Shown here piece after piece: positions 23,772 through 32,216 of a stretch of DNA of 36,024 nt; the stretch's first letter is position 1, and the number at the start of each line of letters is the position of its first letter. A model generated the notes under the pieces. That model was not told where the DNA came from, ran no database searches, and saw only the letters and a program-made list of their open reading frames with translations. Both the position numbers and the translations under genes were made by a program. Location: positions 1 to 36,024 of IMG/VR virus record IMGVR_UViG_3300004255_000040. One strand, given 5' to 3'. This DNA comes from a virus. Its lineage: Duplodnaviria; Caudoviricetes.

Positions 23772-25963
23772 GTTGGCATCCAGCGGCGTCACTCGCAGGC
23801 TTGCCGGGCCTCCCATCTACACAGCGCGGTGTGCTGATGCGCGCGCAAGCGTCAGGTTGGTCTTGCCGCACCCGCACCGTCAGGGGTGGGCAGGCCTTTG
23901 AATATCTCAGCACCGACCTTCCGCCCGAAACCCAGCAGGCCCTGGCCGCACAGGCAGCGGGGTCCGTGAAGCCAGCAGCCGACGCCATTGCCGCCGGCAA
24001 GCGCGCCAAGGAAATTGCCCAGGTTCAGGCCTGCGCCACGTCGATGGCCAAGTACGGCATCACCCTGGAGGCGCGCGGTGGCTTTGACCCGGAGCGCAAC
24101 CCCAGGCTGGATCTGTTCCAACGCTTCGAGAAATACCACGCCCTGCGCGGCACGGCTGTCTGGCCGGCGATCCAGGAGTTCGTGCAGATCTGGGCTGCGG
24201 GGCACATCGAGGCGCATGCCAACACCCGGCAGGCGTACCCCACCATCCCGGCCAAGACGCTGGACAAGTGGTACCGCGCCTGGCGCACCCAGGGAGTTGA
24301 AGCTCTGCTGGAGCGCAAGCCTCGTAAAGACAAGGGCAAAAGCGCTTTAACGCTTGATGACGAGCTGAACGACGTCTTCATTGCCGCACTGGCTGAAATG
24401 CACGACCCGACAGCACGCCAGGTGCAGCGCGTGATCCGTGACCAGCTGGGCAAGGACCGCACCCCGCCCACCAGCACCCTGAAGCGCTGGATGCGTGATT
24501 TCAAGGACAGCAACGCACCCGCGCTGCTGATGTTCAAGAACCCCGACGGCTACAAGAACAAGTACCGCGCCGCCTTCGGATCGCAGAGCGACGGCATCAC
24601 CCGCCCCAACCAGCAGTGGCAGCAGGACAGCACCATCGGCGACGCCCAGCAGCGTGCCGATCTGGCGTTCAACCTGGTGGACGCCGGTACCGGCGAGGTT
24701 CGGCGCCACGCCATCATCGCCAGCATCGACGTCTTCACCCGCCGCGCCAAGGTGGTGGTGGCCCCCAGCAGCAGCAGCAATGCGGTCAAGGCCGTCACGC
24801 GGCTGTGCATGCTGGCTTGGGGCAAGCCCGAGCAGATCAAGACCGACAACGGCAAGGATTACACGGCACAGGACTACGACTTTGCGCTCGACAGCCTGGG
24901 CATCGAGCACATCCTCTGCACCCCCTTCAGCCCGGAGCAGAAGCCCTACGTGGAGCGCTTCATCGGCACGCTGATGCACGACCTGTTCCCCATGCTGGAG
25001 GGCTTCGTCGGCAAGAGCGTGGCCGAGCGCAAGGCCATCGAGTCGGCCAAGAGCTTTGCCCAGCGCTTCGGCCTGGGCGGCATCGACCTGCGCATGGGCG
25101 CACGCCAGCTGCAGGACATCATCAACGGCTGGCTGGATGAATACCACGACCGTGTGCATTCTGAGCTGGGATGCAGCCCGAACGAGATGGCCGAGCGCCA
25201 TACCACGCATGTGGTGCGCCTGGACGAGCGGGCGCTGGATATCTTCCTGATGGCCGTGGCCGGCAAGGGCACCCGCGTGGTGGGCAAGCGCGGCATATCG
25301 CTGGGCAGCGGCTGGTTTGCCGCCCCCGAGCTGGCCGCCCATATCGGCAGCACGGTGCGCTGCCGCCAGGACGAGCTGGACCTGGGCACGCTGCATGTGT
25401 TTGCAATGGACGGCTCCTTCATCTGCCGCGCGCTGGACCACTCCATGCTGGGCATCAACCGGGGCGAACTGGCGGCCAAGGCCCGTGCCATCGAGGCGGC
25501 CAGCATCAAGCCGATGGTCGACCAGCTGCGCAAGAGCATGAAGAAGCGCCTGACCAAACAGGCTGTACAGGCCCTCTACAACGAGCGCGAACAGGCAGCA
25601 GAGGCCCAGGCCACCAACGTGCACCGACTGGCCCCGCGCGTGCTGGAGCACACCACGCCGGCCATCGACTCAGTGCTGGCCAGCCTGGACACATCAACCC
25701 AGGACAGCGCCCGCGCCACGGCGCGCGCCCTGTTCGACGCGCAAGACAACACCAGGCCGGCCGCCGCGCCAGTGCTGCCGCTGGCTACCCCGATCAATCG
25801 CTACAGCACCTGGGTGCGGCTGCAGGCGCGCAAGGTACGTGGCGAGGCGATCAGCGCCCGCGAGTTGGAGTGGGCAGAGAAGTACCAGGGCAGCAAGGAA
25901 TTCGAGTCCTGGCACGAGCTGCATGAAGGTTCTGACCCGATGGCCGACGAGGCCACCGGATGA
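23768..25963 (+). CDS. DDE transposase (MuA-like)
   Basis: N-terminal Mu-type DNA-binding domain (LAGLPGLP..EY..LP.ETQ); DDE residues in WQQDST, KTDNGKDY and KPYVERF. Confidence 0.95.
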   Translation: MSWHPAASLAGLPGLPSTQRGVLMRAQASGWSCRTRTVRGGQAFEYLSTDLPPETQQALAAQAAGSVKPAADAIAAGKRAKEIAQVQACATSMAKYGITLEARGGFDPERNPRLDLFQRFEKYHALRGTAVWPAIQEFVQIWAAGHIEAHANTRQAYPTIPAKTLDKWYRAWRTQGVEALLERKPRKDKGKSALTLDDELNDVFIAALAEMHDPTARQVQRVIRDQLGKDRTPPTSTLKRWMRDFKDSNAPALLMFKNPDGYKNKYRAAFGSQSDGITRPNQQWQQDSTIGDAQQRADLAFNLVDAGTGEVRRHAIIASIDVFTRRAKVVVAPSSSSNAVKAVTRLCMLAWGKPEQIKTDNGKDYTAQDYDFALDSLGIEHILCTPFSPEQKPYVERFIGTLMHDLFPMLEGFVGKSVAERKAIESAKSFAQRFGLGGIDLRMGARQLQDIINGWLDEYHDRVHSELGCSPNEMAERHTTHVVRLDERALDIFLMAVAGKGTRVVGKRGISLGSGWFAAPELAAHIGSTVRCRQDELDLGTLHVFAMDGSFICRALDHSMLGINRGELAAKARAIEAASIKPMVDQLRKSMKKRLTKQAVQALYNEREQAAEAQATNVHRLAPRVLEHTTPAIDSVLASLDTSTQDSARATARALFDAQDNTRPAAAPVLPLATPINRYSTWVRLQARKVRGEAISARELEWAEKYQGSKEFESWHELHEGSDPMADEATG

Positions 25964-25996
25964 AGAAAAACCCGCCAGCGCGGTAACGCTGACGGG
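25964..25996. terminator. Hairpin between the A and B genes
   Basis: A-tract followed by CCCGCCAGCG-CGGTAA-CGCTGACGGG; the U tail would be on the - strand. Confidence 0.4.
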
Positions 25997-26049
25997 CTCT
26001 CAGTGGGTATCTCAACCGAAGGCAATTCAGTGAAGACAAAGGAAAGTGT

Positions 26050-26805
26050 ATGACAAAGGCAACCGACAATCAATCCGACCTGTTCCAGCCCGGCCAACAG
26101 GTCGCCAAGCTCACCAACGTGGCGTTCGCCATCGAGGCGATCAACCAGGTCACTGACGTGGATGACCTGGGCGCCCCGCACATGGCCGTGCTGTACGGCC
26201 CGCCAGGTTACGGCAAGACGCAGGCCGCCATGTACCTGGCTCACCCGCAGGGCCGCAATGCGGTGTTTGTGGCCATCCGCATGTTCGACACCACCAAGAC
26301 GCTGGCCCAGCTGCTGTGCCTGGAGCTGGGCATTGTCACCAAGAGCCAGTGGCCGGTGTCGGTGCTGTACGAGCAGATCGTCAAGCGCCTGCAGCAGCTC
26401 GGGCGCCCCCTGGTGCTGGATGAGGTGGACTACATCGCCGAGAAGAACACCATCGACTTCATCCGCACCATCCACGACAACACCACCATCCCGATCTTCC
26501 TGATCGGTGAGCAAGACCTCAAGCGCAAGCTGCTCTCACGGCATGAGCGCTTCCACGATCGGGTGCTGGTCTGGAAGGAAGCCGCACCCTGCGATGCGCA
26601 CGACGTGCGCAAGTTGGCCGCGCACCACGCTGTCGACCTGACCTTCACGCAAGACGTGATCGATGGCCTGGTCAACAAGACGGCCGGGGTGGCACGCCGG
26701 GTTTACAACGAGATCAAGGCCCTGCGCGAGGAATGCAGGCGCGCCGGTACCAGCACGCCCACGGTGGCCATGCTGGGCCTGCGTTCGGGCAAGGGGGCAC
26801 GATGA
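26050..26805 (+). CDS. Transposition AAA+ ATPase (MuB-like, lacking the N-terminal HTH)
   Basis: Walker A GPPGYGKT, Walker B LVLDEVD, IRTIHD; directly after the transposase. Confidence 0.92.
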   Translation: MTKATDNQSDLFQPGQQVAKLTNVAFAIEAINQVTDVDDLGAPHMAVLYGPPGYGKTQAAMYLAHPQGRNAVFVAIRMFDTTKTLAQLLCLELGIVTKSQWPVSVLYEQIVKRLQQLGRPLVLDEVDYIAEKNTIDFIRTIHDNTTIPIFLIGEQDLKRKLLSRHERFHDRVLVWKEAAPCDAHDVRKLAAHHAVDLTFTQDVIDGLVNKTAGVARRVYNEIKALREECRRAGTSTPTVAMLGLRSGKGAR

Positions 26806-27440
26806 GCCGCAAGCCCATTAACGTGGAATTACGCGGCCTTAAAACCCCGCGTGAAAGGGTCTGGGAGGCCATGCTGCTGATCGACGCCGGCAAGGGCCAC
26901 AGCTTCGACAAGACGGCCGTGCAGGACCACTGCGAGCCGATGGTGAGCTGGACGCTGGTTGACGACTACTTCGATGACCTGGAGAAGGCCGGTTTCCTCA
27001 AGCGTGTGGGCGGCACGGGCGCGAGCAAAGGCGTGATGGGCAAGCCCATCCAGTTCGTGCTGGCCAAGCGCCAGGGCGAGGTCCCGCGCATCAGCCGCAA
27101 GGGTGCCAAGGTATCGCAGGGGAGCGGGAACGAGGCCATGTGGCGCGCCATGAAGGTGCTGCCCAGCTTCGACTACACCGACATCGCCAAGGCCGCGACC
27201 CTGGGCGAAGTGCAGGTCACACCGCAGACCGCCAAGAGCTACGTGGTTCACATGGCACGCGCCGGCTATCTGACGACAGTACGCCCGGCCAAGCCCGGTG
27301 TGCCGGCCAGGCACCGCCTGGTCAAGAACACCGGCCCGCATGCGCCGGCCATCACACGCAAGAAGGTGGTGTTCGACCGCAACACCGGGGAGTTCGCCGA
27401 CTTGCAAACACCCCAGGAGGTCTGCGATGGCCTCGAATAA
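26802..27440 (+). CDS. Hypothetical DNA-binding protein (probable winged-helix domains)
   Basis: ATGA-coupled to B; RERVWEAM, MWRAMKVL..F, AKSYV..M.RAGYL and NTGPHAP segments. Confidence 0.7.
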   Translation: MSRKPINVELRGLKTPRERVWEAMLLIDAGKGHSFDKTAVQDHCEPMVSWTLVDDYFDDLEKAGFLKRVGGTGASKGVMGKPIQFVLAKRQGEVPRISRKGAKVSQGSGNEAMWRAMKVLPSFDYTDIAKAATLGEVQVTPQTAKSYVVHMARAGYLTTVRPAKPGVPARHRLVKNTGPHAPAITRKKVVFDRNTGEFADLQTPQEVCDGLE

Positions 27441-27774
27441 ACCCAGCAACGTCCTGCCCCCTGACGTGAAGGCCGCTTTGAAGGAGGCCGTGAGACGCCT
27501 GGGATCGCAGAGCCGGGCGGCTGCCGATCTGGATGTGAGTGTCACCGTGGTGAGCACGCTGCTGCATGACAAGTATCCGGCCAACGTGGCCGCGATGGAG
27601 CAACGCATCCGGGGCCAGTACATGGCCGAGACAGTGCGCTGCCCGGTCATGGGTGACCTGAGCAAGCGCAGCTGCCTGGACAACCAGGCCATGCCGATGG
27701 CCTTCACCAACCCCCTGCGCGCCGCGCTGGGCCGCGCCTGCAAAACCTGCCCAAACCGAAAGGATTTGTCATGA
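27427..27774 (+). CDS. HTH protein resembling the MuB N-domain, with C-terminal cysteines
   Basis: GGAGG SD; SQSRAAADLDVSVTVVSTLLHDKY, then CPVMG..C..CKTC. Confidence 0.75.
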   Translation: MASNKPSNVLPPDVKAALKEAVRRLGSQSRAAADLDVSVTVVSTLLHDKYPANVAAMEQRIRGQYMAETVRCPVMGDLSKRSCLDNQAMPMAFTNPLRAALGRACKTCPNRKDLS

Positions 27775-27917
27775 GCAACGACATGAGCAGCGCCAATCGA
27801 TTCAGCTGGATCAAGCGCAGGGCACGCCGGCTGCAGCGCTTCTATGGCATCCAGCGCCGCCTGGCCATCCATGACGCCTGGATGGACTGGATCAGCTTCC
27901 AGGGAGGTGCCGCATGA
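27771..27917 (+). CDS. Small basic hypothetical protein (48 aa, not in the ORF track)
   Basis: MSNDMSSANRFSWIKRRARRLQRFYGIQRRLAIHDAWMDWISFQGGAA; AAGGA SD; ATGA overlaps at both ends. Confidence 0.65.
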   Translation: MSNDMSSANRFSWIKRRARRLQRFYGIQRRLAIHDAWMDWISFQGGAA

Positions 27918-28177
27918 TCACCATCAACCGCCTGCGCCACCGCTGGGTCCACATCAAAGCCTGGCTGGATTCACGTCGAGCCATCAACCAAGCCAGACGC
28001 ATCAAGGCGCGCACATTGCGCCGGTCGAACCCCGGCTATGACGAACTGAGCAACCCGCTGTTCATTGGCGTCATGACCTTGGCAGTCGCTGTGCTGCTGG
28101 TGGATACGAACGATGCCTGGTCGCAGCTCGGCTACCTCATCCTTGCGCTGGGCGATCTCGTCCGGCTGGGAGCCTGA
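27914..28177 (+). CDS. Hypothetical membrane protein (87 aa)
   Basis: GGAGG SD; basic N-terminus and hydrophobic C-terminal half. Confidence 0.6.
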   Translation: MITINRLRHRWVHIKAWLDSRRAINQARRIKARTLRRSNPGYDELSNPLFIGVMTLAVAVLLVDTNDAWSQLGYLILALGDLVRLGA

Positions 28178-28178
28178 C

Positions 28179-28571
28179 ATGGGCGCACGCGGCCATACCT
28201 CCATCCTGCGCGAGGCCATGAAAAACCTGCTGTGTCAGCACCAGGACAAAGGCATCCAGTTCTCCCTCATCGAGCAGCGCTTCGGTGCGGTCGATCGTTG
28301 CCGGATCATCAAGCTGCTCGAAAACATGCGCCAGTGCGGCGAGGCCCGTTGCGTTCGCTCCAGGCCGCCTTCCTCGTCCACCTGGTTTCCCGGCAGCGAT
28401 GATTCAGATGGCGCAACAGCCAACTTAAGCCCAGCCGACTGGCGTCGCCAGCAACGCGCACGCCTGGCTGACAAGGCCGACCCACTCATCTTTTACGGTC
28501 ATCACCTGCCAGGCGGGCGCTGTGCATCGGTATGGGAATACGCACAACGACAACAGGAGAAAACCGTATGA
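28179..28571 (+). CDS. Hypothetical protein (130 aa)
   Basis: GGAG SD; ATG at 28179 follows the upstream stop; fits the early operon. Confidence 0.55.
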   Translation: MGARGHTSILREAMKNLLCQHQDKGIQFSLIEQRFGAVDRCRIIKLLENMRQCGEARCVRSRPPSSSTWFPGSDDSDGATANLSPADWRRQQRARLADKADPLIFYGHHLPGGRCASVWEYAQRQQEKTV

Positions 28572-28867
28572 GCTATCCGATGAACCAACAGGAGCTTGAA
28601 GCATCCCTGGCCATGACAAGAGAGACGATCGAGCGGCTGAATGACCTGCTGCACAACTTGCCTCCACCTGTCCAGCTCGATGCGCTCTTGAATGCGTACA
28701 TCCAGATTGGTAATCGGCACGGCCAGATTGAAAAGGTCGCCGCTTCCCTGCTGGAGTTGGGCGGCTCAATCCTGTATCGCCAGTTGGCCGAGCCACGCCC
28801 GGCTCGCACCAGCGTGCCGGCATCAGCCGAGCCCGATCAGCACCCCGCACCTTCCATCATTCACTGA
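28568..28867 (+). CDS. Hypothetical protein (99 aa)
   Basis: AGGAG SD and ATGA coupling. Confidence 0.6.
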   Translation: MSYPMNQQELEASLAMTRETIERLNDLLHNLPPPVQLDALLNAYIQIGNRHGQIEKVAASLLELGGSILYRQLAEPRPARTSVPASAEPDQHPAPSIIH

Positions 28868-28878
28868 GGAGCCCCGCC

Positions 28879-29223
28879 ATGATGCAGATCACCCCCGCCC
28901 AGGTGCTCACCGAGCTGAGCCACCACATCGGCCAAACCAACGGCATCCACGTGCGCGACCTGGTGGCCCGCATCACCGGCCAGCTCATCGCCAATGAACC
29001 GCAGGAGCGCAAGGTGCGCCAGATCATCACTGACCTGCGCATGGACGGTGCCCACATCTGCGGCCACCCCAGCAGCGGCTACTACATGGCCGAGACGCCC
29101 GAAGAGCTGGAGCACACCCTGCAGTTCCTGCGCAGCCGCGCCATGAGCAGCCTCGCACTGGAGAGCCGCATGCGCCGCATCTCCATGCCAGAGCTGATCG
29201 GCCAGCTCACCCTGAAAACCTGA
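28879..29223 (+). CDS. Hypothetical HTH-like early protein
   Basis: GAGGAG SD; ERKVRQIITDLR.DG..IC and GYYMAETPEEL. Confidence 0.75.
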   Translation: MMQITPAQVLTELSHHIGQTNGIHVRDLVARITGQLIANEPQERKVRQIITDLRMDGAHICGHPSSGYYMAETPEELEHTLQFLRSRAMSSLALESRMRRISMPELIGQLTLKT

Positions 29224-29253
29224 TTCAACCGCATTTGATAGGAAATTCAAACC

Positions 29254-29769
29254 ATGACTGCAATCGACAACATCAGCAAACGCGCCGAGGTGTATTCCAC
29301 CGTACGCCAGCTCCTGACCGAGAAGGTCAGCGCCTTCAACGATGGCCTGGCTGCGCTGCGCAAGGACCACATTCCTGGTATCAAGAAAGCCGTGGCCAAA
29401 GCCGTCGAGGCCGAGGCCTCGCTGCGCGCCCTGATCGAGGCCCACCCCGACTGTTTCACCAAACCTAAAACACAGGTTTTCAGCGGCGTGAAGGTGGGCT
29501 ACCAGAAGGGCAAGGGAACGATCAGCTTCGAGGATGCCGACTCTGTGGTGGCACGCATCAAGAAGCATCTTCCCGACCAGGCTGACGTGCTTATCAAGCA
29601 GAAGGAGACTCCGGTCAAGGATGCGCTGGCCCAGCTCAGCGCTGCAGACCTCAAGAAGATCGGCGTCACTGTCTCCGAAGCCGGAGACCAGGTCGTGATC
29701 AAGCCCGTGGACAGCGAGGTCGACAAGATGGTCGATGCGCTGCTCAAGGATGTGGGAGAAGAGGCATGA
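29254..29769 (+). CDS. Gam-like DNA end-protection protein
   Basis: Coiled-coil N-terminal half; FTKPKTQVFSGVKVGYQKGKG and DLKKIGV motifs; early-region position as in Mu. Confidence 0.6.
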   Translation: MTAIDNISKRAEVYSTVRQLLTEKVSAFNDGLAALRKDHIPGIKKAVAKAVEAEASLRALIEAHPDCFTKPKTQVFSGVKVGYQKGKGTISFEDADSVVARIKKHLPDQADVLIKQKETPVKDALAQLSAADLKKIGVTVSEAGDQVVIKPVDSEVDKMVDALLKDVGEEA

Positions 29770-30161
29770 ACTCGATCTTCCACACCAGCATCGATGTCGG
29801 CGAGCGCCTGCAGGTGGTTCGCCACCTCAACCGTGGAAAGTGCGAAGCTGCGCTGGCCAACGTGAACAACGAGCGCCTGCAAGCCACCGTCATCAAGGCC
29901 CTGCAGGCCCGCCTGCGCAAGTTCTCCAAGGTGGCCACCACAATCCGCTTTGAAGACCACGGCCAGGACTTCCTGGAGTGGGACCTCGACGCAGCAGGCA
30001 AGGTCATCGAGAGCCGCCCTGGTCAAGCCTGGCTCTGGTGCAAGAAGACCGTGACGAACCACGCCAAGCTGCGCAAGGGTGGCAAGGCTCAGATCGACGA
30101 CGGCAAGTTCATCCTCTATCCGCTGACCGATATGCAGCGCTTCAAGGCAGGTGCGACATGA
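29766..30161 (+). CDS. Hypothetical protein (131 aa)
   Basis: ATGA coupling; contains FEDHGQDFLEWDLD. Confidence 0.65.
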   Translation: MNSIFHTSIDVGERLQVVRHLNRGKCEAALANVNNERLQATVIKALQARLRKFSKVATTIRFEDHGQDFLEWDLDAAGKVIESRPGQAWLWCKKTVTNHAKLRKGGKAQIDDGKFILYPLTDMQRFKAGAT

Positions 30162-30376
30162 GCACCATCGCCGTTGTCAAAGCCAGCGCCGGCTACCAGC
30201 CCGCCAACCAGCGCCAGGCTTGCAAGAACTGCGCGCAAGGTGAAGAGGTTCGCGCCGACCGCATTCCGCCCTACGACACCGCCACCTGGCAGTGCAAACG
30301 CTTTGGTTTCAAGACCACCGCAATGGCGATCTGCCATCAGCACCAGCCCAGGCCCACTACCAGGAGCACCCCATGA
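30158..30376 (+). CDS. Small Cys-rich protein (possible zinc binding)
   Basis: ATGA coupling; CKNC..WQC..IC pattern. Confidence 0.65.
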   Translation: MSTIAVVKASAGYQPANQRQACKNCAQGEEVRADRIPPYDTATWQCKRFGFKTTAMAICHQHQPRPTTRSTP

Positions 30377-30555
30377 AAAGCTACGCACAACTCGCGGCCA
30401 GCGCCTACGCCGCCTACTGCAAACACGCCCAGCGCATGGACACCGAAGGCCTGGCCGGCCACGTGCAGACCTGGGAACAGCTCGACGAAGGAACCCGTCA
30501 ATGCTGGATCGAGGCCACCAAGCAGATCGTGGCCGAAGCCGCCCGGGTGCACTGA
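30373..30555 (+). CDS. Hypothetical protein (60 aa)
   Basis: AGGAG SD, ATGA coupling; AYAAY..WEQL..CW. Confidence 0.65.
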   Translation: MKSYAQLAASAYAAYCKHAQRMDTEGLAGHVQTWEQLDEGTRQCWIEATKQIVAEAARVH

Positions 30556-30559
30556 CCAT

Positions 30560-30750
30560 GACTACGCGCAGCCGGCCGCCGAGGGGCGCGATAGGCCGGT
30601 GGGGATTAGCCGTTGAGTGCCCCGGTCCAAGCAGCTCCACCTGTACAGGCAGTTGCCATCAGCCAAAAAACCGACGTTCGCAGCCAGTGATGGTGTCCTC
30701 CTTTCCACCAGGCGCTGACCGTATGGCTCCACGAGACGGGCCACAAATTC
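30560..30750 (+). ncRNA. Candidate structured non-coding RNA or leader
   Basis: About 200-nt gap in an otherwise tightly coupled operon, with five predicted stem-loops; one loop carries UCCUCCUU. Confidence 0.35.
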
Positions 30751-30764
30751 ACAACGAGGAAACC

Positions 30765-31127
30765 ATGCCAGTTATCAACTTCTATCCGCGCTTCGCCGCC
30801 GACGTTGCTGCCGGCCGCATCCGCCAGGCCATCCGCCTGCGCAAGGTCAACAGCGGCAACCTGGTCGAGCTGTTCAGCGGCCAGCGTGCGCTCGGCGTCG
30901 GCCGCGTTGATGCCGTGCGCCAGGTGCTTGTTTCCTATGACGCCTATGAGCCCGCCATCGTCATCGACGGCCTCAAGCTCGACAGCCTGGCCACGCACCG
31001 CTTCGCCCGCGCCTGCGGTTTCCCCGGCGTGGCAGAACTGATCGACTTCTATGCCGACTACTACACCATGCCTCTCAACGGCTACCTGGTCGAGTGGCAG
31101 CTGCGAGAAGAGGCGGTGCCGGCATGA
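30765..31127 (+). CDS. ASCH/PUA-like domain protein
   Basis: GAGG SD; F...F...V.AG...QAIR, G..V.LFSGQR and FARACGF resemble ASCH motifs. Confidence 0.65.
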   Translation: MPVINFYPRFAADVAAGRIRQAIRLRKVNSGNLVELFSGQRALGVGRVDAVRQVLVSYDAYEPAIVIDGLKLDSLATHRFARACGFPGVAELIDFYADYYTMPLNGYLVEWQLREEAVPA

Positions 31128-31477
31128 CGCACGAACTGACCACCCTCTACCAGGCCGCCCTGCTGGCCTTGAGCCAGCCCCTGACCCTGGTCGAGCTGTT
31201 CGCCAGCGCCTGCGGCCTGCTGGGCAGCTTGCTGCTGGCACTGAAGGGCAGGGTTGCACCCTGGGGCTGGGTGTTCTTTGCGCTCAGCAACGCCGGCTGG
31301 ATCGCCTTCAGCTATGGCTACAGCCACTGGTTCTTGCTGGTGCAGCAGATCGGCTTCTCCATCACCAGCGCGATCGGCATCTGGAAGTGGCTGATCGAAC
31401 CCTGGGGCGATCGCCTGCTTGAACGGCTGATCGAGGGCGACAAGTTGACGTGGTATTGGACAGGAGACCCATCATGA
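31124..31477 (+). CDS. Half-size PnuC-like membrane protein (about 3 TM)
   Basis: GLLGSLLLA, WGWVFFALSNAGWI and QQIGF..S.IGIWKW patterns. Confidence 0.6.
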   Translation: MTHELTTLYQAALLALSQPLTLVELFASACGLLGSLLLALKGRVAPWGWVFFALSNAGWIAFSYGYSHWFLLVQQIGFSITSAIGIWKWLIEPWGDRLLERLIEGDKLTWYWTGDPS

Positions 31478-32007
31478 GGCCAGACATTCTCACAGCCGCC
31501 GGCCGCTATTTCAACTTCGTCTACCCGAACAGCAACGAGTTCGAGATCGAAGAAATCGCGCACGCGCTGGCCCACATCTGCCGCTACACCGGCCATGTAA
31601 ACCGGTTTTACAGCGTGGCGCAGCACTCGGTCTACGTCTCCCACATCGTCTCGCCAGAAAACGCCTTGGCCGGCCTCCTGCACGATGCCGCTGAGGCCTT
31701 CGTGGGCGACGTGGCCGCACCGCTCAAGCGCCTGCTGCCCGACTACCAAGCCATTGAGAAAAAGGTGGAGGCCGCCGTCCTTACTCGATTCGGTCTGTCC
31801 GCCACGCTGCCGGCTGAAGTCAAGCAGGCCGACCTCATCATGCTGGCCACCGAGCAGCGCGACCTCATGCCCCACCACAGCGACGAATGGGAATGGGAAA
31901 CCATCCCCGGCATCGTCCCCCTGGCCATGACGGTCGTGCCGGTCGATCCGCTCACGGCCCGCGTCCAGTTCCTCAACCGCTTCGCCCAGCTGACAGGGGG
32001 GTTGTGA
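31474..32007 (+). CDS. HD-domain phosphohydrolase (YfbR/YfdR-like deoxynucleotidase)
   Basis: IAHALAHICRYTGH, YSVAQHSV, LLHDAAEAFVGD and VKQADLIMLATE motifs. Confidence 0.88.
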   Translation: MRPDILTAAGRYFNFVYPNSNEFEIEEIAHALAHICRYTGHVNRFYSVAQHSVYVSHIVSPENALAGLLHDAAEAFVGDVAAPLKRLLPDYQAIEKKVEAAVLTRFGLSATLPAEVKQADLIMLATEQRDLMPHHSDEWEWETIPGIVPLAMTVVPVDPLTARVQFLNRFAQLTGGL

Positions 32008-32216
32008 TGACAGCCCCCCGTCACTGGCTCATCAGCAAGACCAACCGGAACAGCTCAACGGCTGAAGCGATCAGCTTCACGAGTGCGTTGAAGTCGATAG
32101 GTTTCTTTTTACGTCTGCGCATTGGCAACTCCTTCAAGAATGCCAACACAGTATTTCGTCACGACCTGAAATTCCACTTGCGGGTTTTCCACTTCGCAGG
32201 AGGTTGCCGTGGCTGA
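32007..32216 (+). CDS. Doubtful 69-aa bridging ORF
   Basis: Start and stop overlap both neighbours; atypical codon usage; lies opposite a - strand gene. Confidence 0.35.
   Translation: MTAPRHWLISKTNRNSSTAEAISFTSALKSIGFFLRLRIGNSFKNANTVFRHDLKFHLRVFHFAGGCRG
32021..32122 (-). CDS. Antisense 33-aa basic/hydrophobic peptide
   Basis: AAGGAG SD 6 nt before the ATG; MRRRKKKPIDFNALVKLIASAVELFRLVLLMSQ. Confidence 0.6.
   Translation of the reverse strand: MRRRKKKPIDFNALVKLIASAVELFRLVLLMSQ

Noticed and set aside
31474-32007. HD hydrolase as DatZ of a 2-aminoadenine (Z-genome) pathway
   Set aside because: No PurZ or phage DNA polymerase is present in the window; the motifs fit common prophage YfdR-like proteins.
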